A stretch of 61,158 nt of DNA, the filler included, from Pirum gemmata (Eukaryota), in NCBI GenBank assembly GCA_002812295.1. It is 17 parts of 17 records of this genome, joined end to end, with 100 filler letters (N's around TTAATTAATTAA, not from the genome) between each part and the next. Parts side by side here need not be neighbours in the genome. Positions count along the whole stretch, not along the records: positions 11,808 to 14,919 come from PDIN01003426.1; positions 15,020 to 19,195 come from PDIN01003427.1; positions 19,296 to 22,411 come from PDIN01003428.1; positions 22,512 to 25,632 come from PDIN01003429.1; 13 more parts are not named here. One strand, 5' to 3'. A model generated the notes under the pieces. The model made no database searches, had not been told where the DNA came from, and saw nothing but the letters and a program-made list of their open reading frames with translations. A program made the position numbers and the translations under genes. Below are positions 12,261 through 24,294 of this stretch, piece by piece (positions within the stretch are counted from its first letter, which is position 1; each line of letters opens with the position of its first letter).

Positions 12261-14057
12261 TTAGAAAAATATATTAATACTATTTAGTTTTCGTTTTCTA
12301 CATGACCATTTGACGATTTTAGAATGTTCATTTTCTGGTGCCCACCTAATAGCGTTTCTATTACTATGTAACCATTTCATTATCTTTCGATTGCCAATTT
12401 CTGATGCATAATACATCGCATAGTTAGTGCATCCTTCAGTTCTGTTATTATGTAACCATTTAATAACCTTTAAATGCCCATATACTGATGCAAAATCCAC
12501 AGCATCGGTAGTGCATCCTTCAGTTCTGTTATTATGTAACCATTTAATAACCTCTAAATGCCCTTTTTCTGATGCATAATCCATAGCATCGGTAGTGCAT
12601 CCTTCAATTCTGTTATTATGTAACCATTTAATAACATCTAAATGTCCATTTGCTGATGCATTATCCATAGCATCAGTAGTGCATCCTTCGGATCTATTAT
12701 TATGTAACCATTTAACAACATCTAAATGTCCATTTGCTGATGCTTTATCCATAGCATCGGTAGTGCATCCTTCAGATCTATTACTATGAAACCATTTAAC
12801 AATCTCTAAATATCCATTTCCTGATGCATAATCCATAGCATCGGTAGTGCATTCTTCAATTCTATTATTATGTAACCATTTAACAACCTCTAAATATCCA
12901 TTTGCTGATGCATTATCCATAGCTACCAAAGTGTATTCTTCAGTTCTATTATTGTGTAACCATTTCATAACGGCAAGATGTCCATTTGCTGATGCACATT
13001 CTATAGCTTTAGTAGTACATCCTTCATCTCTGTTAGTATGTAACCATTTGACAACTTCTAAATATCCATTTTCTGATGCAACTTCTATAGCATCGGTAGT
13101 ACAACCTTCATCTCTGTTATTATGTAACCATTTTATAATTTCTAAATGTCCATTTTCTGAGGCAAAATCCATAGCATCGGTAGTGCATCCTTCAGTTCTA
13201 TTATTGTGTAACCATTTTATAATTTCTAAATGTCCATTTTCTGAGGCAAAATCCATGGCATCGGTAGTGCATCCTTCAGTTCTATTATTGTGTAACCATT
13301 TTATTATTTCTAAATCTCCCCTTCTTGCTGCATAATCCATAGCATAGGTAGTGCAACTAGAAGGCTTATTGACATGTAACCATTTAATTACCTCTAGATT
13401 CCCAATCTCCCATGCATTATCCATAGCCTCATCAGTACATCCTTCAGTTCTGTTAATATGTAACCATTTAACAACATCTAGATGTCCATTTTTTAATGCC
13501 AAATCCATAGCAAAGGTAGTGCATCCTTCAGTTCTGTTATTGTGTAACCATTTAACAACATTTAAAAAACCATTTTTTGCTGCAAGATCCATAGCATCAT
13601 CAGTACATCCTTCAGACCTGTTATTGTGTAACCATTTCACAACATCTAAATGTCCCATTCTCGCTGCATTAATCATAGCTTCGGTACTACATCCTTCCGT
13701 TCTATTATTGTGTAACCATTTAACAACATCTAAATGTCCTTTTGATGCTGCATTATTCATAGCATTGATAGAACATCCTTCCGTTCTGTTGGTATGCAAC
13801 CATTGCACAACATTTAAATGTCCATACTTAGCTGCATAATCTATAGCTTTGAAATTACATATTTTCTTCTCGTTTCTATTAGTATGTAACCATATAATAA
13901 TATTTAATTGTCCATACCTAGCTGCATAATTCATATCATAACCAAAAGATCGGTAAAACAAAACCCACCAACTATTTTTTCTAATTATATCTTTAATATT
14001 TTTGTATGTGTAACAAATGATATTTTGTCTTAATTGATCGTTTTTATATATTTTTGA

Positions 14058-14060
<3 letters not shown>
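12261..14060 (-). CDS. Ankyrin-repeat protein with about 19 28-aa repeats (GCTTDAMDxAxxNGHLxVVKWLHxNRxE)
   Basis: 84-nt periodic ORF without introns. The real start is probably ATG 14060 (MSKIYKND); the poly-Lys in the ORF track comes from a poly-T run. Confidence 0.9.
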
Positions 14061-14117
<57 letters not shown>

Positions 14118-15019
14118 CAAATTTCTCAATTCTGCTAGAATCGAGCAATTTTGGCGTTCTTGCCGCTTCTCCCAATTCTGCGGCGTTTTCTGCCCCTAAA
14201 AGTTGACTTTCTGCTTCTGCCTTCTGCTCCGAAAACCTCGATTTCTGCTTTTGAAAACCCGAAATTCTTCTAAATTTGCGTTAATATTCGAGTTTATTAA
14301 TAAATATATATATTCGAAATAATCGAACTCATAAGTAAGAATAATACAATACTAATACTAATACTAATACTAATACTGATACTGATACTAATATATAAAT
14401 ACTAATACTAATACTTAACTATCGCTAATATAGTCTAATATATTATATACTAATACTAATACTAATATTAATCATAATTAATACTAATACACTACTAATA
14501 TAATATATTAATACTAATACTAATATTAATTATACTACCTATAATACTAATACTAATATTAATACTAATACTAATTAATACTATAACTAATTCTAACATT
14601 TAATTTTAATATTGATACTAATACTAATACTAATACTAATGCTTATGATTATGATTAATACTAATACTAATACTAATACTAAAGGGAACGGGCGCTTTTA
14701 AAATGATGTATTTGGTGGTAGAATCCCTTGTGCGTTTTTTCAAAAATTAATTAATTATTTTTGATCTGCCATTTGCTAGCTAGAGGCCATTCCATTTTCA
14801 AAACAGGCCAAATTCTGAGCAGAGTTGTCCAAACCCGCCTGGGCGCGTGGGTCGCCCAGGTACCGGCGGGTGAGGGATCATGGGCGGGCGGGCGGGCGGG
14901 CGAGCGACCTTTGGGCCTCNNNNNNNNNNNNNNNNNNNNNNNNNNNNNNNNNNNNNNNNNNNNTTAATTAATTAANNNNNNNNNNNNNNNNNNNNNNNNN
15001 NNNNNNNNNNNNNNNNNNN

Positions 15020-16436
15020 TAGGGTTAGGGTTAGGGTTAGGGTTAGGGTATAGAGTATAGGTTATATATATATAAGGTTTACTGTTTAAGGTTGAAGGTT
15101 GAAGGTTGAAGGTTGAAGGTTGAGGGTTGAAGTTTGAAGGTTGAAGGTTGAAGGTTTAGGGTTTATGGTTGACGGTTGAAGGTTGGAGGTTGAAGGTTTA
15201 AGGTTTAAGGTTTAGGGTTTAGGGTTTAGGGTTTAGGGTTTAGGGGTTAGGGGTTAGGGGTTAGGGTTTAGGGTTGAGGGTTTAGGGTTTAGGGTTTAGG
15301 GTTTAGGGTTTAGGGTTTAGGGTTTAGGGTTTAACGTTTAGGGTTTATGGTTTAACGTTTAGGGTTTATGGTTTCACGTTTAGGGTTTAGGGTTTAACGT
15401 TTAGGGTTTAGGGTTGAGGGTTGAGGGTTGGGGATTGGGGTTTTAGGGTTGAGGGTTGAGGGTTGAGGGTAAGGAAAATAGAGTTTAGGGAAAGTAGGGA
15501 TCAGGGAAAGTAGAGTTTAGGGAAATTAGAGTTTAGGGAAAGTAGGGTTTAGGGAAAGTAGAGTTTAGGGAAAGTAGGGTTTAGGGAAAGGAGGGTTTAG
15601 GGAAATTGGGGTTTAGGGTTTGTGACTTAGGATATGTAAGCAACTAAAACCTCGATGCCTTCGGGAAGCGTTTGTTACTTTTACATAATCGTTTAAAGAC
15701 AAAGATCTATTTAATACCTAATAAAAATAAAAAATTCAATTTAATATTTTAATAATTAAAATATTTTTTAAGCTATTAAAAAAGGAACCATCTCTACCAT
15801 AACTCTAACCCTAACCAACATTAAAATTTTATCAAACCTTAATAATTATATTAATAACCTATACCGAATCATTAACTTCATTTACCTTAAAACTTAACTG
15901 TTACTTAACCATAATTAACTCTAATCTAATTCTAACTCTAACTCTTATCGGATAACTCTAACTGTAAATGAACACTAACCCTAACCTTAACCCTAACCCC
16001 AACCCCAACCCTAACCCTAACTCTAACCCTAACCCACCTTAACCCTAACCCTAACACTAACCTTAACACTAACCTTAACACTAACCTTAACCCTAACCCT
16101 AACCCTAACCCTAACCCTAACCCTAACCCTAACCCTAACCCTAACCCTCTAGTAGCCTTTTAACCCTAACTAACCCTAACCGTAACCCTAACCCTAACCC
16201 TAACCCTAACCTTAATTAACCCTCTACTAGTGTGTACTAGTAGCCTTACCCTAATATATAACTATCTATTAATAACTAGCTAGCTATTAATATACAGTAG
16301 ACACTCTAGTGAGTAGTAGTAGGTAGGGTTAGAGTTAATTAAGGTTGGTGGGTTAGGGTTAGGGTTGGGGTTGGTGGTTTAGGGTTAGGGAATGGGGGGA
16401 GGGTTAGGGTTAGGGAATGGGGCTAGGGTTTTAAGG

Positions 16437-16477
<41 letters not shown>

Positions 16478-16512
16478 GGTTAATTAGGGTTAGGGTCAGG
16501 GTCAGGGTTAGG
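15020..16512. repeat. Interstitial telomeric complex: (TTAGGG/TTGAAGG/TTTAGGG)n, a 19-bp GTTTAGGGAAAGTAG-type satellite, (CCCTAA)n, then (TTAGGG)n again
   Basis: Arrays at about 15020-15620, 15976-16255 and 16325-16512, in alternating orientation. Confidence 0.9.
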
Positions 16513-16993
16513 GAGAGAGGGACAGAAGAAGTTCTAGTATTAATATTAATACTCTATTTTTTAAAATAATGACGAAATATGAAACTCAAAACCAAATTTA
16601 CCAGTAGGTATTGTAGTCTTGTAGTTAGATATGAAAGAAAACTAGATGTAGAATAGTATATAATGTTTTTGTTTAGCCATTATTTATTATAAAACAGAAT
16701 AATTATTTTAATATGATATTATAATATTAATAATATTACCTAACCCTAACCCTAACCCTCACCCTAAAAAAAGAGAAAACAAAACTTTATTAATATTTTA
16801 ATGATTATCGAGTTTTGAGTCTAGTTTTCTCTACGTTTTTATAAATTATTTATATGTAACAGAATCGAGTCAGAATAATAATAAAAAAAGCTTTTATAAA
16901 TATTTATGCGAATAAATAAATCGATACACGTCTAGGTGGATACAAGGGTCTGGCCTACAGAGGGTCTGGCTATGATAGTTCGACTAGTCAGCT

Positions 16994-17192
16994 AGGAATC
17001 ATCCATAAAGAACATCAGTCACCTAATCTTACCTTTGCCTGTTTGCCCAAAACACTCCAAAACACTTTTGGTCATAATTTTAAAGTTCATTTTAATAATT
17101 AATTAAACACTGCCTAAAACAGTTTAATTAATTCACACTTCCGAGCAATGACTTCTATCAAAGAATAAGTGACGTCCTTTATGAATGTTCCC
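16994..17192 (+). mobile_element. PIF/Harbinger-like MITE (family D); inverted second copy at about 18348-18554
   Basis: TIR GGAA(T)CATCCATAAAG...GTGACGTCCTTTATGAATGTTCCC. The second copy is a diverged reverse complement. Confidence 0.7.
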
Positions 17193-17285
17193 ATAGCACT
17201 CTCATACCAGACACAGCTCTAATAGCTCGCTACTATCATTGACAGTAGCAGAGTTGTGGCAGAGCTATAGCTTCTGATATACATT

Positions 17286-17447
17286 GTCTATTTCATTATA
17301 GTTGTCCTCTCAATCTTAAATTTGGTACTGTTTAAAAGTGTATAATTGAACTTGTTTATAAAATGTAACATTTTAAAAGTATTAATATAAAATACCAAAT
17401 TAATTAAAACATGTTTGATAGTTTAACCATAATAATAATTTGGTATG
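17286..17447 (+). repeat. Dispersed repeat family C (other copies about 31620-31766, 55390-55538, and reverse partial 54940-54986)
   Basis: Near-identical GTCTATTTCATTACAGTTGTCC...AAAACATGTCTGATAGTTTAACCATAATAAT on three scaffolds. Confidence 0.85.
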
Positions 17448-17487
17448 GTGTTCCGTTTCACACTATTATTATTATTATTATTAACAC

Positions 17488-17538
<51 letters not shown>

Positions 17539-18145
17539 CGCTATTATTGACATTATTGCTTTTTAGATGAATAAAACTATTGGAAGATTTACTCCCGATA
17601 CTGTTACTATCTTTTTTATTACTATTATTATTAACATTACCTTCACTACTATTGTCACTATTGTTATCATTACTATTATTATTTCTGGTAACACAAAGCA
17701 AAGAATCGACTACATTGTTAAAGTAGGTGTCCAACAAAGACCCAGCAATGTCATTATACCCGGTACCGACATCATTATTAATACTGTAGTTATTATTGCT
17801 ATTACTATGACTGTTATACTTATTGTTACTCTTGTCGTTACTGTTGTTGTTACTGTAATTCTTCATTAAGTTGTTGAGGTTACTACGGCTGCTGTTTTCA
17901 TTGCTATTACTATTACTGCTGTCATGGTTATAGATATTTGTAATGTTATTGTTATAATTAGGACTTACACCAAGGGCAACGTTATTAGTATGTTTAGTGT
18001 TGGCGTTGGCGTCATGGTTGCTGTGGGAATTGGATTTAGCATTGAAGTTACCACTGTTGTAAGTAAAATAAGCATTGTTATTACTATAGTAATTATTATA
18101 ATTTGAGTTAATCTCAACAAAAGATGAGCTCATCTTTGGAACCAA
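17423..18145 (-). CDS. Asn/Ser-rich ORF, probably an exon or gene remnant; its 3' end runs into repeat C
   Basis: 240 open codons with a non-ATG start and no recognisable domain. Confidence 0.35.
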
Positions 18146-19004
18146 AACGTTAAAACTTTGCTGTTGTTATCTTATTATTAGCAATTTTTGTTTTTTTTAT
18201 TGTTATCATTTTTATTATTATAGTAGGTATAGGTACATAATAATTTTATAGTATCTTCTAGTGCATTAAATTTACTGCTGGTTTTAGGGTTTTACTACTA
18301 TCAGATAGTAGTAGCTAGCTAGTAGAGTTTTTTGATTACGTCTATTTAGGACATTCATTTATTTATATAGGGCATCACTTATTCTTTGATAGAAGTCATT
18401 GATCGATAGTGTTTTAGGCAGTAATTAATTATTAAAATGAACTAAGGACTTCAAAAAAATTTTAATTAAAAAAAATTATGAACAAAAGTGTTTTTGGCAA
18501 AGAGGCATAGGTAAGATTAGGTGACATCCTTTTTGTATTTTATGGGTGGTTCCTAAGTCTCTGAAGTCTCTCTACTCTCTATCATACTAGCTAGCTACTA
18601 CTAGCTAGCTAGCTAGCTAGCTAGCTATCGATAAGCTCGATATCGATATTAGTAGTACTAAGCCAGCTAGCTAGAGCTACTTTGTCTAGCTAGCTAGCTA
18701 GTAAGTAGACTTATGAATTGCTTTTGGCAGTTGTTTTTGGTAATGTTTTGAAATTAGTTTACTAATTAAGTAGAAAATTACTAATTAAGCAAAAGATAAC
18801 AAATTAGGTAGACATATTCTAAACATAGAAATTTGGTGAAAAAAACTTTTTATCATTATTATTATACCCGGTAGTCTATTATACGGATTTATACCAAGGA
18901 CTTCAAAAAAAGTCCTTGATTTTACACACAAACATTTTTTTTATCAATAAAATTATTTAATTATTTACTCCCACTAACAACTCACCTTTTGGCCTTTGAT
19001 CAAA

Positions 19005-19157
19005 GGGAGCGTTCAGATACTACGTAACGCCAATTTCCGGTCAAGTATAGCTTCAAATACCCCTACCTACCTACCTACCTCTTGACGTTAATTTCCGGTC
19101 AAATACCTCCTATCTACCTACCCCTTGACGTGACTTTTTGATTATTTGAACGCTCCT
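19005..19157 (+). mobile_element. PIF/Harbinger-like MITE (family E); partial copies at about 29393-29525 and 46354-46404
   Basis: TIR GGGAGCGTTCA...TGAACGCTCC; internal direct repeat AATTTCCGGTCAA..(CTAC)n..TTGACGT. Confidence 0.75.
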
Positions 19158-19720
19158 TAACCCTAACCCTAACCCTAACCCTAACCCTAACCCTANNNNN
19201 NNNNNNNNNNNNNNNNNNNNNNNNNNNNNNNNNNNNNNNTTAATTAATTAANNNNNNNNNNNNNNNNNNNNNNNNNNNNNNNNNNNNNNNNNNNNAAAAA
19301 AATTTCGACATCCGCCATATGAACTCAATTGTCTAGCTAGTCTAACTAAGAAAACTTTATTATGAACCAATGGCTATTTTTTAATAAAACATTTGCTAGT
19401 ATTTAGTAAAGAAGATAAAGAAGTCTAAAAAAAAAAAAGATTTCTGTAGTTTATCAAAAAAAAGTTTTTTTTTTTGAAGTCCTTGAAAAATATCAAGAAA
19501 AATCATAAAGAAAATGATCAAGGAAATTAATATTTTTTTTTTTTTTTTATCATATAAAAATAATATTAAAAATAATATTATACCAATCCAGTGGAACTCC
19601 AATATTATATAATATTATATTTTAAATTTTTATAAAAATAATATTATACCAATGGTTCAGTGGAACTCCAATGGACTAGTAGTATTTCATAAATAAATAT
19701 TTAAAATATTATCTATTTAT

Positions 19721-19963
19721 AGGAGGGGTGAGAACTCTTATGGCGAACTTTTTTGACCGAGGCACAAAGTAAATGTTGTTCGCCTGTTTCCCCTTACCAT
19801 TTTTAGTATTTGTAATTATTTATTTAGTAGCTACTTATTTAAGTAGTTACTTTANNNCTTTAAAAAGAGTTTATTATACTATTTATAGTAACTTTAGGCA
19901 AATTTCTGGAAGTTCGCCGGTCCGAGCATCCAATTAGTAAGATGACGTCATCTCATCCCTCCT
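19721..19963 (+). mobile_element. MITE family A1, full-length, inserted into a family B copy (another A1 end at 45082-45142, minus strand)
   Basis: AG...CT TIRs; perfect 8-bp TSD CTATTTAT (19713-19720, 19964-19971). Confidence 0.92.
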
Positions 19964-20493
19964 CTATTTATTCATTAAATTTAGAAAAGTCAATTTTTAA
20001 TTAAATATCATAACCAACCAAATAAATATTTGGAGTGACAGAATAAATGAAAAGCACAATACTTTATGATATAATATTATTATTATATACAATATCAGAT
20101 AATATTTATATTATGCCATACTTCAGCATGCATGTAAAAATATTCCATCACAACCAAAAATATTACTTTGTTGTACTTTTGTTGTACACTTTTTTGTAAA
20201 TCTGTTTTTTAAAAAATTATCATATTCCGAATATTTTAACCCTCCCAGACAGAGGGGCCAGACTCACCCAGTTACAAGCAAAAATTCGTCTATAATTATG
20301 ATAAGGTTCATAATCTGGGTTCATAATAATGCCAGCACCAGCTTTTCAGGCATAAAATCACTTAAAAAAATTTTACATATTAATACAGAAGACATCACAA
20401 CTTTTTTTGTTTATATGTCTTCTGTCTATTATAATTAAATTATTATTTTTAGTGTCTATTTTTTTTTATTTTTTTTATTTATTGTTTGTTAGT

Positions 20494-22364
20494 TTATGAA
20501 AACAAATTTTCAATTTCTATATATCTCACAGAAATACCATCTTTTTCAACATTATCTATTTTCTTTTCGTTATTAATAACATCATCATACACAATAATAT
20601 CATCATAATTATCACTGGTACTATTACCACTAGCCTGAGAGCCTCCTCCAACTGAATCATACTCATTACTATTAACATTGACCATGCAAGTAATACTATC
20701 GTAATAATGAAGACCTTTAGAATTAACCTCTTCTGGTTCTGGTTCAACGTAAATCGGAGGAGCAACGAAGCTTACATCGTCAACATGGTTTACAGTATTG
20801 TAAGCTCTACAAATACTAGTGGTACTACTATTAGGATTTTGTACTTCGAAATACTCTTCATCACTCTGTAGAATTATGTGACTTACACCACCATCATTTT
20901 TGAGAACAAAATCTTGGGGTGTCATTCCTTCTAATAAATCTTTTCCACTATTATTTCGACGCTTACAATAAAAATATAAAATCACGGCCACAACAACTAT
21001 AAAAGATACACCAACACAAGAAACCGCAATACCAATAACTAAACCAATATTGCTACCCTCATGTTCAGTATTGTTGTTTTTGGTTTCATTAAGTATACGT
21101 ATACTATTGCTCTTATCAATATCAACATTGAGGGAAGAGGTTGACGGTGCAGTGATAACATCCACACACTCACCTTTTTCTGTAACTCGCTTAGTTTTAT
21201 CTAAAAAACACAAATATAATGTATTGTCACAATATCTACGATTAAAATTGGTATTATCATAAAACAAACGGTGATACTTGGATTGAGCTAAACAATTATA
21301 ACAAGGAACAGGTAAATTACTGTCGTAAACACACCGGTCTCCATCTTCTCGAGCAAAACATTTCGCTCTCAAATCCAAACAGGTACCGTTAATAAAATCA
21401 TGATCTTTTTTACTTTCACAAGCTGATTTTATATCAACGCATTCTCCTTTCAGTAACCTGTGATATGATTGTTGTTCACAAGAATTGACTTCTTTTTCGC
21501 AAAGCCCGGTAAAATTAGTGTCTATGAAAGTTCGATTAAGTGTTTCTTTCTCCTTTTTTCCTTTGATAGAACTAAAATAACGAAACGACTTGCCCTCACC
21601 TTTACCATTTGCTTTATTGGTAAAATTTGTCACGCGACAACTTAAAGGGAAATGAGCGGCTGCGTAAGGTTTGGGGTCTTTCAACATAGACTGCAGAGTT
21701 TTCACATAATTTAAATTGTGCTGTGGGTAACAGCAGCTTAATTTACTTTCCTTGATTATTTTTTGACCAAGATGAAAAGATTGCATGGGGTTTCGTTTTG
21801 GAATGGCTACTAAAGCGTTGGTTAAAGTGGTGCTTAGTCTTGTGAGAGGGTTGTTCGACAGATAAATAGATACCGTAGGGTTATTCAATAATAATTGAGA
21901 AATTGCAGCTGGTGCCATATTTAATCGATTACCAGTTAAATTTAAATATTCTAATCTAGTTAAATCACGAAGTGCCCCTATTTCGATTTGTTCAATTTCA
22001 TTTTTATATAAGTTTAAAGAGATTAGATTGTGCAATTCCCTAAAATCTTCACTCTTAATTTTTTCGATTAAATTCTCAGTGAGTTTGATTTCCTTAATAG
22101 TATTTTTAAAATTAAAAAATGCATCGACATCAATCCGTTTTACTTTACTTCGTTTAAAGTGAAGGTATTCTAATTTATTTAAACCAGTAAAAGATTTACT
22201 AAAGATTTTTTTGAAGCCACTAGCATCTTCAATTTGTAGTCCTTTTAAGTTTACAAAATCAACAAAAAGATTTTCATCGAATTCTTCATAACTTTGATCT
22301 GCATGAAAAGCTAAAGAAGGAATCTTTAAAGCTTGACAAAGTGCTACACCTTTAACATCAAAAC
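20494..22364 (-). CDS. LRR single-pass receptor-like protein: LRRs, Cys-rich stalk, TM, tyrosine-rich acidic tail, no kinase domain; 5' exon probably missing
   Basis: LxxLxLxxNxI repeats; TM IGLVIGIAVSCVGVSFIVVVAVILYFY followed by CKRR. No signal peptide. CTAAT..AAAAG|GT suggests a phase-1 acceptor, with the exon starting at 22364. Confidence 0.85.
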
Positions 22365-22583
22365 CTTTTATTATTATTTTCATTAGTTATTTATTATTTA
22401 TTATTTATTATNNNNNNNNNNNNNNNNNNNNNNNNNNNNNNNNNNNNNNNNNNNNTTAATTAATTAANNNNNNNNNNNNNNNNNNNNNNNNNNNNNNNNN
22501 NNNNNNNNNNNAAAAAAAAAAAAAAAAAAAAAAACAAAATTATTATTTGAAATAAAAAAAAAAAAAAAGTAAAAAATTAAAAA

Positions 22584-23723
22584 ATGAATTTTATTTCCAA
22601 ATTTTTTAGTACTACCACAGTCGCTCTTTTAGTGACTAACGTAATCTCTCATGGTACTTTAAAAGTACCTCATGGTAGTCAAAAACGAAATGGCCCAATG
22701 AAAACCGAATTTTGCAATGATATTGCTAATGGTATGAAACAGAATTATGGTCATCATCCTAACGTTGACATGACGGGTTTTGCACGAGATTTTGGGGCAA
22801 GTCAATATAAAGGAGACCTGCACAACCTTTACAAAGCTAAAAACATAAACCAAAATGAATTTGAGATGCGTACTAGTCACAACGAGCAAAACGCACCTAG
22901 AAAAGTAAAATGGCAAAACAACAATCATGATAATTTTATTGTTGATCACCACGGCCCTTGTGCCCTCTATGTTGAGAAAGGTAATTCGATCAAGATGATT
23001 TTTCACCATGATAACTGCGTCAAAAAGTATCGTAGAAGTGATATAGATACTCCAAACTTGCCTGAAGTATGTGGTTCTGACGGGTGCTATCTTAAATTTT
23101 ACTGGTTAGTTACCGGTGTAAATAGTGGTATCCCAACGGGCCAAGTGCAATATTATTATTCGGCGGCAAAGTTAAAAGGTATTGGTCCTGGACAAGTTAA
23201 TGAAGGTATCAGTCCAGTTAGTACAAGTAGCGGTAAAGATGCTTGCGGTTGCAGTGGAAATTTAGGTTGGAGTCAACACGCAGGTAGGTGTACCTCTAAT
23301 AGTTTAACTGAAGGTAATGATGAATGCACTGGTACCCATGGAAAATGTATCGGTGTGAATGGAGATGGAGTGGGATGTCCAACTTTTAATAATCGACATG
23401 CTACACAACAACCTAACACACAACCTAGTGGAATTTTTATGCAAGATACACCATTCGGTAAGCAAATTGGTATGTATAGTAGATGTAATGATAACAATGG
23501 TAAAGTTACCTTGGCTATTGGTTCATACACCCAACAGCAACTTCAACAAAAAATAACCCAGTTTACCCAGCTTGCCATTCCCAAGGGAGTAGTTGTTATT
23601 TTGTATAATGAAGATTTCTTTAAAGGTAAATACTCAGTTTTGGTTGGTGGTGATAATTATATTTCCACTTGCTTTCAAAATATGATTGGTATTATCAAAT
23701 CTGTAATTGTAGCTCAATTTTAA
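22584..23723 (+). CDS. Secreted AA17-like lytic polysaccharide monooxygenase + Cys-rich module + beta/gamma-crystallin-like C-terminal domain
   Basis: Signal-like residues 1-22 then His23 (HGTLKVP); HHGPC; IFHHDNC; LKFYWL; QxY. The C-terminus LAIPKGVVVILYNEDFFKG resembles a crystallin-type motif. Confidence 0.75.
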   Translation: MNFISKFFSTTTVALLVTNVISHGTLKVPHGSQKRNGPMKTEFCNDIANGMKQNYGHHPNVDMTGFARDFGASQYKGDLHNLYKAKNINQNEFEMRTSHNEQNAPRKVKWQNNNHDNFIVDHHGPCALYVEKGNSIKMIFHHDNCVKKYRRSDIDTPNLPEVCGSDGCYLKFYWLVTGVNSGIPTGQVQYYYSAAKLKGIGPGQVNEGISPVSTSSGKDACGCSGNLGWSQHAGRCTSNSLTEGNDECTGTHGKCIGVNGDGVGCPTFNNRHATQQPNTQPSGIFMQDTPFGKQIGMYSRCNDNNGKVTLAIGSYTQQQLQQKITQFTQLAIPKGVVVILYNEDFFKGKYSVLVGGDNYISTCFQNMIGIIKSVIVAQF

Positions 23724-24294
23724 CGTTTTACTTTTTTTTCTTCTTCCCAATATGGATACTAATGGTTTTATGGTAGTACAAGTTATCATACTTAGTAAAT
23801 TTGATGTTTTAATAGTTTTTTAAAAAAAATAATAAAAAAAATTATTATTATTTATTTATATTTAAAATTATAATTTATTAATTTTTTATGATTTATTATT
23901 AATTATTTCATATTATTTATTATTAAATTATTTATGATTTATGATTTATGATTTATGATTATGATTTACTGTTTATCATAATTATTTATTCAGTATTTAT
24001 TATTTATTTGTTATTATTAATTTTTTTATTTATCATGATCGACCATTTATTATTTTTTATTATTTATTATAATTTATTTTTCATTATTTACTATTATAAT
24101 TAGAACAAAATTGCTTATAATTACAACAACAAAACAAAATATTAATTAATATTATTTATAATTAATTAGATACAAAGTTTAATATCCAACTTCCAACTTG
24201 CGTTAGAGTTATGATACCCTTGTTTCGGTTTTATTTTATTGTTATTATTATTATTTGACAAAACAAAACTTTTTCAACCATAAAGTAAAACTGT

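Noticed and set aside
12595..13839. Plus-strand repeat ORFs
   Set aside because: Antisense shadows of the ankyrin gene.
14061..14129. N-terminal poly-Lys extension of the ankyrin protein
   Set aside because: It comes from a poly-T homopolymer and a non-ATG start; ATG at 14060 is more plausible.
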